A DNA stretch of 64,000 nt from Amphiscolops sp. MND2022. Its lineage: Eukaryota. Each line of letters begins with the position of its first letter. Position 1 is the stretch's first letter. Where the stretch lies: positions 23,126,001 to 23,190,000 of the forward strand of contig OZ076418.1 of the NCBI GenBank assembly GCA_964187785.1, in the 5' to 3' direction. The notes beneath the pieces are model-generated. The model saw only the letters and a program-made list of their open reading frames with translations, did not search any database and was not told the origin of the DNA. The translations under genes were made by a program, and so were the position numbers. Positions 27,901 to 39,900 of the stretch are shown one piece after another.

Positions 27901-30900
27901 AAGTGGACAATCTCCTATACAAAGTTCACGTGAAAAAGTGGAAAGAAGGAGAGAGCGATGTCGGAAAGAAGCACTACCGGGGGGTACAGCTTCACATCGA
28001 CGACTTGTCTGGAGCCGGGTGGGCGTATCCAGCATCACTGGGAGGCCTGAAGGCGCTAGTAAAAGAGTAAGTTACGTTGGACATTTTCTAATGTATATGT
28101 ACAATATGCGTTGTCTTTCTTGTGAAATATAGTGTGCAATATGCAAAAAGGAATAGGAATGCAAAGAAAACACAGAGTATACAAGTAGGAGTGTTGACAG
28201 GTTCTTGCATGATTGCCAAACTTGCTACTTCGACAGTGAAGAGGGGAAGCGGTCACACTTGTATAAGCCTGTACCGCTGAAACGGAGAGTCGAGCTTTGT
28301 GAAAAGTTCGGTTATACGTGTATTTGGGAACCCATCAGTGGGAAACAGACCAATAGCACGGCAGTGGTATTGGACTGTCCGAAGAGGAAGGAGCCATTGG
28401 GCGAGCTGGCAGAAGTCGGAGGCGAGTGTTTCTTCTCCAGTAAATACTATTTGATGGTTGGAAGGAAATCAGGTAAGAGGATTGTTTTTTTTGTAAAAAA
28501 AATTGTGAAGCATAAAAAAAAACTGTGAGCGAAAAGTTTATTATATATAGAACGGAAGAACAGTGCACCAAGTAGGAAGTGCAAGGGGCTGCGTGTGGCA
28601 GCTACAGAGGCGATGCAGACTGCCGAATTTGAGGAGTACTGCCGTTCATGTCTTGGGACCGCGCCCAACGATTTCTTGGCACAGGAGTGTGCAAAAGTGA
28701 CGGCCAGCATTTCCGAGGCGGCGGTAAGGGTCAGATGATGGCCTTAATATATGTATATTTCCCTTGTAAGGATGAGGGGCTATGTAAATTCAAAAAAATT
28801 GTTTCAGATCTTAGCAACTGCCTGGGTACTGCAAACAGACCTCATTGTGTACTGGCAGTATTGGAATATGGGCGGCTGGATCCGGTACAAATACGGACCA
28901 GAAAGCAATGGGCGAGGAGGCAGCTTCTTGTGCCAAGCCATCCAGGGCGGCGAGAGGTTCAGAACTCGCTTTCATTGCGAACCGTTGCCCGATTTTCCAG
29001 AGCCAGAGTAAGTAATAACAAAATTACAGAGAATCAGTAAACAATCCAAGGGTATTTTATGAAAATGAGCATATTATTATTAGGTTACGAACATCAGTGA
29101 GGGTACGAGGGCCTGTAGTGGATCCCTGGGAGGAGGAGGGAGAACAGGGAGCCTGTGGGAGTAGTTCTGCACAACCGTAGAGGTTAGAAAATACACATTT
29201 ATTGTGAAAAAACTAAAAAAGTCAAAAAAGAGCAAGTTTTTTACACGTTTTTCGGGTGAAAAACCTGGAAAGGTTCTAGGCAATGGGTATATTTATGCAG
29301 AGGAATATCGTATAGAGCTATTAGAGGGGTTTTGCAACCATTCCGGGCGCAAAAATGAGAGAAAAAGACATAAAATTGTCGAAAAATGCAATATGTGATA
29401 GGAAGGCCAAAAAGTCCCCCAGAGAAACTTTTTTTTTAAATTTTTTTCGATTTTTCCAACTTTTTTGCTTAGATCGAAAGTTTGGGGTAAAAAACTGGCT
29501 TCACCGATATTCCGGGATCAAAATTCCAAAAAATGGGATTTTTAGGGGTCTTTGAGGGTCAGATTTTTCAGGGGTCAAAAAATTGGCAATTTTTTCTGAA
29601 AAACAGCTAAGTAAAAGGGGTTGGTATTGGACCTAGGGGCCTGAAAACTATACCTAGAGGGTGTGGGGGGTCCCACAGTGAGAATGGGGTATCATTCAGG
29701 TCAATAGGGAAAAAGTATGATGCAATTTTTGGTCAAAAATGGTCGAAAAACAGCGATTTTCGAAAAAAAAATCGAAAATTTTATCCAAAAATGTCAAAGA
29801 AAAGGGGGTAATTCAGGGCTTTAGGTGGGTGAATTAGGAACTAGAGGGATAGCAGAGGGTAGTAGAAGGCGCAAAGGGTACATTAAGAAAGGTTAGGTAG
29901 GAAAAAATAGAAAATTTATCCAAAATCATGGAAAAAATGGTGTGAAAAATTACAGTAAAAGTAGTGTTATTTCCATGGTTTGGAACTAAAAAAAGATGTA
30001 CGGCTCGGTTTGGGTCGTAAACGAGTGTCACGACGGTTAGAGGAAGCTGAGGTGGTGATCGTAACAGTGGATGGAGTGGTAGGAGCAAGAGTGTTTCGAA
30101 TAAGAGTAGTGGGTACAGTGTGATCTCGAATGAAAGCATCAAGATCGGTGATACGTAACACAGGTGTAGTAGATGGGCGGTATGACGGGGTTCCTCGTGG
30201 GAAAGGAGAAGTATCAAAAGGGTTTGGTGCCGTAGGGGGTGAGGTTGGAGGTGTAGGGGTAGTAGGACGCGGAATGCGTGATGATGGTGGGCGAAGATAC
30301 ACCGGTTTCGAGTTAGGTTGGCTTGGATAAAAAGGGGTATTACAAAGGTCAAATAAAGGTGGTGGATTCGAATGAGGGTTATTACGAGGTGGTGACGCAA
30401 TAGCGCGTGCTCGATTAACGAGAGTTTCCGAAAATCCCGAAAACGAAGAGGGCGAACTCTCATGACCGGGGGTATATATCGGTATACGTTCCGAGTGATA
30501 AGGGGGCGAAGCTGATTGCTCCAAGTCCCGGGTTGGTATAGGTAAATTGGGTAATCCAGAAGGACTAGGAAAGTTAGAGGATGAAACATGACTTGAAATA
30601 GGGGTAGAGTGCATCAAAGGTTGGCGACGTGTCGAAGAGGTAATAGTCGTTGCTATACCAGAAGTCGGGTGAGCGACAGTAAAAACATCGTCAGAAGTAA
30701 ATGTTGTTTCTGGGGTGGAAAAAAATGAAGAATGGGGCATGTTTATGGATGAACAGGGTGTTCCTGAGGAGGAGGAAACGAAAAATGAATGATGATGTTG
30801 ATCGTGGAGTGGTACAGTCGAAGTATCAAGCCAAGCTTGATAAATAACGGGAGGAAGATCAACATGATTTTCTATGTGTGGGAAGTCGCGGTTAGGAGGG

Positions 30901-33900
30901 ACTTCAGGAGGAGGTAGGGCATGTAAAGGCTGCGGTAGGCCCGGAGGGGGTACCAGGAGAGCCGGTGGTGCCGGTGGTGCCGGGGGAGCCGGTGGTGGCG
31001 CCGGTGGCACGCGACGGGGAACATAGTGAAATACGACGGCTGGCGTGTCATCAACTTCGTCTGCCGTAGTAAACATACGATCGGTTAAAAGGTCTGGAAG
31101 AGCCTGATCAAAGAGGGCGGGCTCTGAGACGTGTCTCGTGGAGGGGTCAGGAACAAAATTAGACTGGTTGATATTAGAAATATCATCGACTGTGTATTGT
31201 GGTGTGATGGGACGAAGTCGAATTCGATGTACACACTGAGTGTAATTGGTGCCTACCTTTCGAACGATGTAATTTGAGTTCGTTAGTACAGATTCAACTC
31301 TATACAGAGGTAGCCATTTGATGAGCGATTTTCCCATATGGTCGTTGGTATTTGAAAGTTTTGGATTCAAGAGTAAACAAAACGAATGTTTTTTCAATGG
31401 GGCGGCTGACGCTTTTCGGTCATAGAAATGTCTGTATTTATTGTAAGCAGTGATGGTAGCATCACGTGCTAGAGAGAAAACTTCGTTCATTTTATCTTGA
31501 AGAGTACTCGTGAATGCATAGCGTGTTTCAAGGGTTTGCAAATGTTTATTATCGAACCGTAAATCAAGTTGTGAATGGGGTTGTCGGCCATGGAAGAAAA
31601 ATGTTGGAGTGCATCCAGTAGAAGCATGGTAAGCCGTATTATGTACAAACACGGCCAGATCTACGTATTGGTGCCAATCACGTTTAATTTTGTTCTCATA
31701 TATGCCCAGATACTGTTTCAGAGACGCATGAGAGCGCTCGACGGACCCAACAGTTTGTGGGTGTTTTACAGTGGCATATTCTAGTTTGATTTCAAGTAAG
31801 CGACTTAGTTCAGTCATGACACGGGAGGTAAACGCGGTTCCCATATCCGAAAGAACAACTTTTGGTATATAGGCGGATCTCATAAAAATGTGAAATTAAT
31901 GTTTCGCAACATTTGGTGCGCTGGCGTTGCGCAGAGGAGTCGCAAAAAGATATTTACTAAAAGTGTCTTTGGCTGTGAGGATATGTGTGTACCCAGCAGA
32001 ATCGGGTAGTTTACCTACAAGATCTACTTGAAGCATATCACCTGGATAGTATTTGTCAGTCGCAAGGGACAAAAGTGGTGTTTTCAACGTTTGATGTTTA
32101 ACGGGTTTGATTTGTGGACAAGAGCTACAATTTTTTACATAATTGGCTAGAAATTCAACAAAACCAGGGAAATAGAAATGTTTACGAAAGAGTTCTGCTG
32201 TTTTAGCAATGCCAGGGTGGCCTGCATACTTGCTATTATGGACTCGATAGAGAACTTCATTTCGCAAATGTTGGGGAACGACATATTGGCGAATAAAATT
32301 TCGGCCAGTGTCATCAAAAAATTTACGGTATAAAATACCTTGGTGATTTTCTAAACGGTCAAAGTGTTTGAGATACTTCCGAAGTTCCGTACTCATATAA
32401 GGAAAGTCAGAAGGCGGTCCTGTTTCTAACCATGATAACACTAATCTAATAGTGTTATCTTTTTGTTGTTCCTCACGCAAATTTAAGGGTGTTAATTTAT
32501 CAGAAAGGTCCAAATCATCCAAAGGGTTCGGACAATGGAGGGCGTTAATTTCGGGAAAAGATTCACGGAGACTTTTCGGAAGACTGAAGGTTTCACAGTC
32601 AAATTTAAAAGAATTTACAGAATTGTCAGGGACCTGCATGCCCATATGGAGGTGGACATCAGCTACAGGTATTTTAGAATTGAAGCGGAGTTCTAGCTTA
32701 GTGTGTGGTTGGATATGAATTCTAGACAGATAATCTGCCGCTGCATTGGCTTTTCCTGGTATGTGACCTAGGACAAAGTTAAAATTCAAAACGTGATCCA
32801 CACACGTCCAAAAGCTTGACGGAATTGTTTTAGCTTGAAAAAATCTAGTTAGACTTTTATTATCGGTTAGAACTAACACTGGTTTAGAACTTCCCCATAA
32901 GATATGTGCAAATGTGTCAAATGCAAAGTGCACAGCTAAAAATTCCTTAGCATAAATGGACAGCTTTAAATAGGTTGGGGTGAAGATCTTAGAACCAAAA
33001 GAGACTGGTACATAAGTCTTGTGAGTTTTGCCTGTTTGATCAATGGAATAGTCTTCAATTAAGAGGACATATCCAGCTGCGTAGAAACTAGCATCAGTTA
33101 AGATTACATATTGTGCATTTGGTTTAGGTAGGCGGAGCGACATTTGACATGCTTGTTCAAGATCTTTTCGTAAAGTAGTGATACTTTTATGGTGTTCTTC
33201 TGTTAAAACAATATCTGATTCTTTTCGTAACAATTGGTAGAATGGTAGCAGTTTTTCACCAAGTTTGGGAATGAATGAACGAAAATACTGGAAAAAACCA
33301 ATAAATCGTCGAATCTGCTTTATGGTTTTAGGAGGTTTCAGAGTGGCTAAAAAATCTGTTACTTTCGTTTTGTTGGGAGACATTCCTTCGCTTGTAATCG
33401 TATTTCCCAAAAATGTCATTTCTTTTAGACCAAATTCGCATTTACTAGGTGTGAGTCGTAGACCTGTCTTTTGTATACATTCAAAGATGGCTTCTAACTT
33501 GGCAATAAATTCTTCAAAGGTTTTAGCTGCAGTGCCTAGATCATCAACATATTGAAAGCACTGGTCGCCAACTATACAAGGGTATAAGTATTTTCGCATG
33601 AAGGAACTAAAGGCGCTAACTGAGCGGCTTAGTCCTTGAGCTAAGCGCAAATATGCGAATGTCCTTGAAAGAAAATTGAAAGCCAGCAGTTGCACTGACA
33701 ATGGGTCAGCCATTTGTAGGACATGATACGCTTGACTGCAATCCAATTTTGCAAAATACTTCTTGCCTGCCAGATGCGCATTTACATCTGCTAGTGTTGC
33801 TATTGGAAAATTGTGATTATCGTAATTGTGCCTGATTAAATGATTGATTCGTCTAAGGTCTACTAAAATTCGCAATTTACCCGAGGGTTTACGGACGGCA

Positions 33901-36900
33901 AAAATTGGGCTTGAGTACTTAGAGTACGTCAAGGTTGTTATTACTCCCCAATATTGCAAAAGTGCCAATTCCACTAGAACTTCATCGCGGTAGTGAATCG
34001 GGGTCGGTGGACCTTGGGTATACATCGGCTTATCATTTTCAGGAGTAAGTTTCACTTTAAATTCTTCATTTGCTCCAATGTCTAAGCGATGTCTTGCGAA
34101 AATTCGGTGGTATTTTAGGAGTAGCGTTTCAACTATGTTAATCTGTTCAGCGTTAAAAACAGAGTTTTCCCACGTAAATTGTGATAGAAATTTCTTTCGG
34201 TCTTCTAAATTTTTGTCTGGTTGTAGCTTTTCTCGTGCTTTTAGAGCAACGATCTCGTCATAAATTCTTTTGTGAATTGCTATGAGGTTTTCTGGGTCTT
34301 TGCAATTTTCCGGTGTAGGAAACCAAAACTCATCTGTTGATGGGTATACTTTGGTTTCAGAGTCTTCAATGAGACCATTAATGCTTTTAGTTAAATGGTC
34401 AAAAAGAAGTTCAGGATTGATAGGGTGCAAGTATTGAGCTTGCTTGGCTGTCAATATTGTTACTTTTGCAACAGGAACATTTTTTGTGACTGTTACTTTG
34501 TATGGCAAGATATTAAGTATCCCGAGGGAAACTTGTTTTTGGTCGTTCAGTTTTACAATTGCGCTGGTGACGCAAAGTCCTGTTTGTTTTTCAAAACGCG
34601 GATTCGGTTCTACAATAGCTACTGTTCCTTCAGGGAAGGATTCAGCTGAGAGAGAACAAGTGATTATTTCGGATGTATTCCGTTGTACCGAATAGTTTTG
34701 AATAGAGTGTAAGAAAAGGTTTTTCTTCGGAGTAAGAGAACTTACTTTTCCGTCTTTATGTATCCGTTCGGTCAATTGTAAAGTCATATTGGGTAGTTTA
34801 AGCGTTCTCGTTCTAGGGTGAATAGAAATATCATTTTTCTCGAAAAATGGTAGTCCCAAAATTGTCTGGTTCATGGTTTGCATTAAAATGAAAGTTTCAG
34901 TGAAAGATTCACCTGCAATTTTAAAAGAAGCTCGAAAAGTAACCATAGGTGGTTACAGAGTCACCATTTGCCACTTTCACAGAGCTAGTTGCTGGATTAT
35001 AGTTTGTTATAGCTTTTGGACAAAGACGTTGTAGTTTTTGGAAAATTGTTATGGGCATGGCGCTTGAGAAAGCACCTGTATCGATTAAAGCTTTAACTGG
35101 GAAACAAAAATTAAGTGGTACAGAGAAAAGTGAAGCGCGAGGCTTTGAGGAAAGGATGTTTATAAATGATGAAGAGTTAGTCATATTAGTAGATAAAGAA
35201 GGAGAAATATGGGCAATGTGTGGCTTACTTAGTTTTTTGGATTGGAGGCTTGTTGATTGACGTCATAGTGGGGTGACCAATATGGAGGCATTTGAGTGAT
35301 GGGTACCATCTGCTGAGGCTGCATCATAGGTTGTGGAGCTGTGAAGTTCGGCGCTGAGTATTGGGTATATGGTAGGGCTGGAGGTTGATGTTGTTGTGGA
35401 CGGAACCAGCATTGTGAGAGTATGTGTCCGAACTTGTTGCAATAGTTGCAGTATTTTTGACTAGATTGCGCAGTATTGTTGTTTCGTTGCTGATTCCAGT
35501 TGGGTTTCTGATTTTGCCAATTTGGGTTTGGCGGTCGTCAATTTTGCTGATTGTTGTTGTTGTTGTTTTTCCAGTTCTGCTGGTTGTTTCTCCATTGCTG
35601 AGGGTTGTTTCCACGGGGACCATTATTTTTGTTCCAATTTTGCTGCTTGTTTTTGTTGTAGTTGTTGTTTTTGTTGTTGTTATTGTTATTGTTTGTAGAC
35701 TGAGCCGTAGTTAGCTGATTGATAGTAGGTTGCAAGGTTTTAGTCAATTCCTGCAAATCGGTGGACAACTTTCCAGTTTCTTGCTTGAGAACATCTTGTG
35801 CTTTTGACAACTCATGGATTCCTGTGAGGAGATCTTTTGTGGAGAAATTCTGAAGCTCGTTGAAGGCGGTTTCGTCATCTTCCGGGTAAAGACGATCTAC
35901 AATCATTCTGCTAGAAGCTTTTGCGCATAACTCCTCAATTGGAGTTTCGTCTGGTTGTGTCATTAAGAAACGTTAGATAGGCATTCCATTATTGAATGCT
36001 TCTCTCACTCGTCGTGTTCTTTCTTGAGCACGATCTTCTGCTGCTACTGCAGGTCGTCCTCCTGCGGCGGCTCTTGCTACAACGTTGGGGTAGGCTTCCA
36101 AAGCCAATCGTTGCAATTCAGTAAGGAAATCCTGAGCGCTTTCCTCAGAGGGTTTCATTTTGCGGGAGTTGAAAAGCAACTTTTGAAGCTGAATTCTCTG
36201 GTCGTTTTGATATCTGTCACGTAGGGCTGCTACTGCTTGATCATAGTCATCTCGAACTGCTGCTTCTTGTTGGTCGAAAAATGTGAGTGCACCTCCTTTC
36301 AGATGAAGGTGTAGGTATCTATGTCTGTCACCATTAGGTACAGCAGCAACTTGAATACAGCTTTCAAGTTGTCGTAAAAATTCATTGAGGTTTTCCTTTT
36401 CTGTGCCTTTAAAAGGCTGTAGGTCAACGAAAGGTTGAATAGCGGCCATTTGAAAGTTTTGTGAAGAGAAACAATTATGAAGAATGTGTGTAGAATGAAA
36501 ATTTTATGGAGAATTTCAGGCAAAATTTTGTAGATTATCAACTGGAATCGATGAGCATAGCTATGTTTTAATCAGAAGTTGTTGTGTTTCAGTTGTTCAG
36601 AAAGAAGGCCGAGTGAACAGGAAAAGAGACTCCTGTCACCATGTCATGAGGTTGGTCCGAGCGGTGGACTATGAATTTTATAAAGAACATTTTGTATCGC
36701 TTTTATACTTCAGATTTAGCCTGGGTTATTTTCCTTTACTCAGAGTGAATAAAGTTTTGTTGAAGAAATTAGTTTTAATGTTGAAGAAAAGTTGAAGAGA
36801 AGTTACAACTGAGTAATATAATTTACAACAGTTAGAGCGAGTGTTCTTTAGATTGAGAAAGTTATCTTCTGGTCTTGTGTTTGACCACTTCGTCGTATCG

Positions 36901-39900
36901 TCATCCATCTCAGTGTTGTCAGCCTCTGATTGGTCCACAACTTTTATTGGCTAAATACATTCTGTCTTCGAATTTTTGTAAATGTAACATGATTGTATCA
37001 TGACAGTGTTGTCCGAGCGGTAACCTATTATTTTAAGAAGAATAGAAGAATTGTATTCAGACTACTTTACGAAGACTTTAGAATTGTTGTTGACTTCAGA
37101 TTTCTTGCTGGGTCATCTTTCCTTATCTCAGAAAATAAAAGTTTCATCATGTATGATTCTTTATTTGTTCCCCTGCTATTGGTCCAGAGTTCTGATTGCC
37201 TAGACTCTGCCTTTAACGAAATTTTGTAATATCATCAGATCTTTCATGATGAAGTCATGACAATTTCCAACTTTTGGAAGCATTTTCTGTGAGAAAAACA
37301 TCAGGTTTCCCTTCTTAAAAGCGTGTTGGATACCTTATTGTGTCATCATCTCTGGATATTTTAGCCCTTAGAAACTTTCCAAAACTGTACAAAATTGGAA
37401 GGAGTAAAAGATGTATTTGAAATTTTTGAAATTCATAACTGAATCTTCATTGAAAAAACTTCTGTGTGCGTTTTCAATGGTGACCTGCTATGTTTTTAGA
37501 GTGTGACAGTAACTTAGCAACCATATGCTCGGTTATTGAGAAATGGCTATTTCTCTGAAACGTAAAATTTTGCAAATTTCCATTTTTTTCCAGTGGGGGC
37601 TCGGAAAAAGCTATATTTACACAAATAACAACTCACCCTCGATACTCCAAAAGATTGTCGATAAGAAAAAGAAATTTTCGATTTCTTATATTCGTTTTGC
37701 GTTTCGTATTTTTTTATTGATTGCGAAAAGAATCGCTGTCATCATTTGAGGACAAAATCACTGTCGAGGTTATACAGAAGTAATAAAAAACATAGTAGGA
37801 ACCTCCAAACGTCCTATTTTTCAAAAAAAGTCTTATAGTACTGAAACCTGACCCAAAAAGCTTTACATTGGACGCAAATTATGTGAAATTTTTGGGGAAA
37901 ATCGATAACGTTATACGAGAAATGAAAACGTTATAACTGAATTTTGAAAACGTTTTATCCGAATTTATGTACCTGTTAGATGTTATTGATGTCCTAAGAA
38001 AGTTGTCTGCAAGTTGAACAAAATGAACAGAATTGATTGATAAAAATTGATAAAATTTGTCACTTCCTCGGTCTTAGAAAAGAAAAGCCACTACTATAGT
38101 CTGCACTTTCTAAGAAAGTGCCTACTTGAAAAACGAGGCCCAGATAGTAATTTTTCTTACCCATGTTTCCCATGTGGAAATATGGGCGGAAAACAATAAA
38201 CTTGTCTGTAAACGTCGTAGTCATTCCTCTTGGAGGCATTTTCACTTCTAGTAATCAAGAAAAACGTGATTTGAGTTATCGTTTAAGGTGATTATTGATT
38301 CTAAAAAGCTGGAATCAAACCTGCAAGACGGGTGAGAACACGGTGCAGTCAATGAGGAGAAATTGTTCCTCTAGATTGTTGAAATTTTTCACAGATTCGA
38401 CCTGAAAAGGGGAAAAGATTAAATACCTTGAAAATTCCAAGACGAATTTCGAGATACTTTAATTGCTCAGCCAATATAATCAAATTCTGCTCTTGACGAC
38501 CATCCAAGCACTAAGCGTAGAAAATGAAAACATTTATCGTAACTCATCAAAGATTTCATTATTTGATAAACATCGTAGATGTAATTCATAGCTTTCGTTT
38601 CCTGTTTAGTTTTTCATCGCTTCTTCTTACGATTTATAAAATGTGCTCTGATCAACTGAACTTCTTTATTGGACAACTGTTATCATAATAGTGATAATAA
38701 TCACACAAACAACAATTTTCGGAGGGTCAAAAAGTCAAAATTTGGTATTCAAATCAATTTACGTGTTCTAATTTATCCTTCTTGAATGAAAAACATTCAT
38801 CATTTCTTTCTAAGAACAACTTTAGTCTTAGGTTTTTTAAAGAAAAATTAAGTTCAACCTGGAGAGTAGAAAATGCTTCCAGGGCATCAAAGAAAGGTTT
38901 GACGAAGTTGGGCGCCTTCCAGGGTCGTCTGCCTTTCCTGAGGACACAGTTGCGTATCTGCCAGGCACTCAGGGTTCCAAACTCGCCCAGAGAGTACTCA
39001 AGTCGCAGCTCGAACGCCAGTCTTTCCAAAACTGATCCCCCGATAATACAGGATAGCCCCATGTGGTCTTTCTGGCTCTGAAACGTCTCAGCTCTGGAAA
39101 CTAAATTCAAGAGAGTTCACTGGAAAACTTTTTGGAAGTTCAAGTTCCATGTCTTGCACTGACGCCCCGATGAAAAGTTTTGCTGTAGTCAATGAAAAAA
39201 CTAATTTAACGACTGATTATAACATTTTTGAAGGTTAAAGTAAAAGTAACCAAGACTGATCTGAGTCGCTTGCTGTTACGCAGAGACGATGGCGATCGCT
39301 AAACTGAAAATTAGTGCGTCTTTGATGACACCGCGTATTTAACCGAGCAATCACAAACGATTCAATTCCACTCACAAGGTCGCTGAATCACTATTAAAGC
39401 GATTCAAAGTTTAAGTTCTGTATCTTCAGAACTAAAAAACAAGTCGTGAACGGCCCCAGTCGGCGCCCCGCTCAAGGCACAAAAAAGTACCCGGGGGTCG
39501 TAGATTTAGTATCTCTTGTTGAATAAAGATTTTTCAAAAAAAACTTACAGTACTGAAAACCTGACCCTAAAGCTTTAAATTGGACGCAAATTATGTAAAA
39601 ACTTGGGGAAAAAATTGATAACGTTATACGAGAAATGAAAACGTTATACCCGAACTTTGAAAAGGTTACATCTGAACATTGAAAACGTTTTATCCGAATT
39701 TATGTACGTGTTAGATGTTGTGTATACTCTAAGAAAGCGCCGAAAAATTTTCGGAGAAAAGACTCACAGTGCACAAAAAAATCAAAGTTAAAAACATCAA
39801 GGTAACCGAAGGGGACCCTTGGTTTGTTTGCGAGGTTATAGTACGTTTTGTAGGCCCGTAGTTCACTTGTCTGCAAGTTGAACAAAATGGACAAAATTTA

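Larger units (their letters stand above)
24506..37005 (-). mobile_element. Gypsy (Ty3) LTR retrotransposon, 12.5 kb, intronic
   Basis: Two 364-bp LTRs (24506-24869, 36642-37005) with 2 mismatches and TGTCATG...CATGACA ends; 5-bp duplication GTGTT (24501-24505, 37006-37010); PBS-like TGGTGACAGGAG next to the 5' LTR; PPT AAAAGTGGGGAG next to the 3' LTR; domain order gag-PR-RT-RH-IN. Confidence 0.97.

Noticed and set aside
26580-29960. A separately inserted Ginger DNA transposon as the source of the OTU cassette
   Set aside because: I found no TGT...ACA TIR pair or 4-bp TSD by eye, and there is no DDE core. Not excluded; needs alignment of sibling copies.
29834-30589. 251-aa minus-strand ORF overlapping the integrase tail
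   Set aside because: Alternative frame of a C/T-rich low-complexity region with no motif; no evidence of independent coding.
39117-39119. In-frame TGA as selenocysteine or readthrough if the exon began at the acceptor near 39182
   Set aside because: A phase-0 acceptor at 39078 gives a stop-free exon that fits the DUF547-like alignment, so no recoding is needed.
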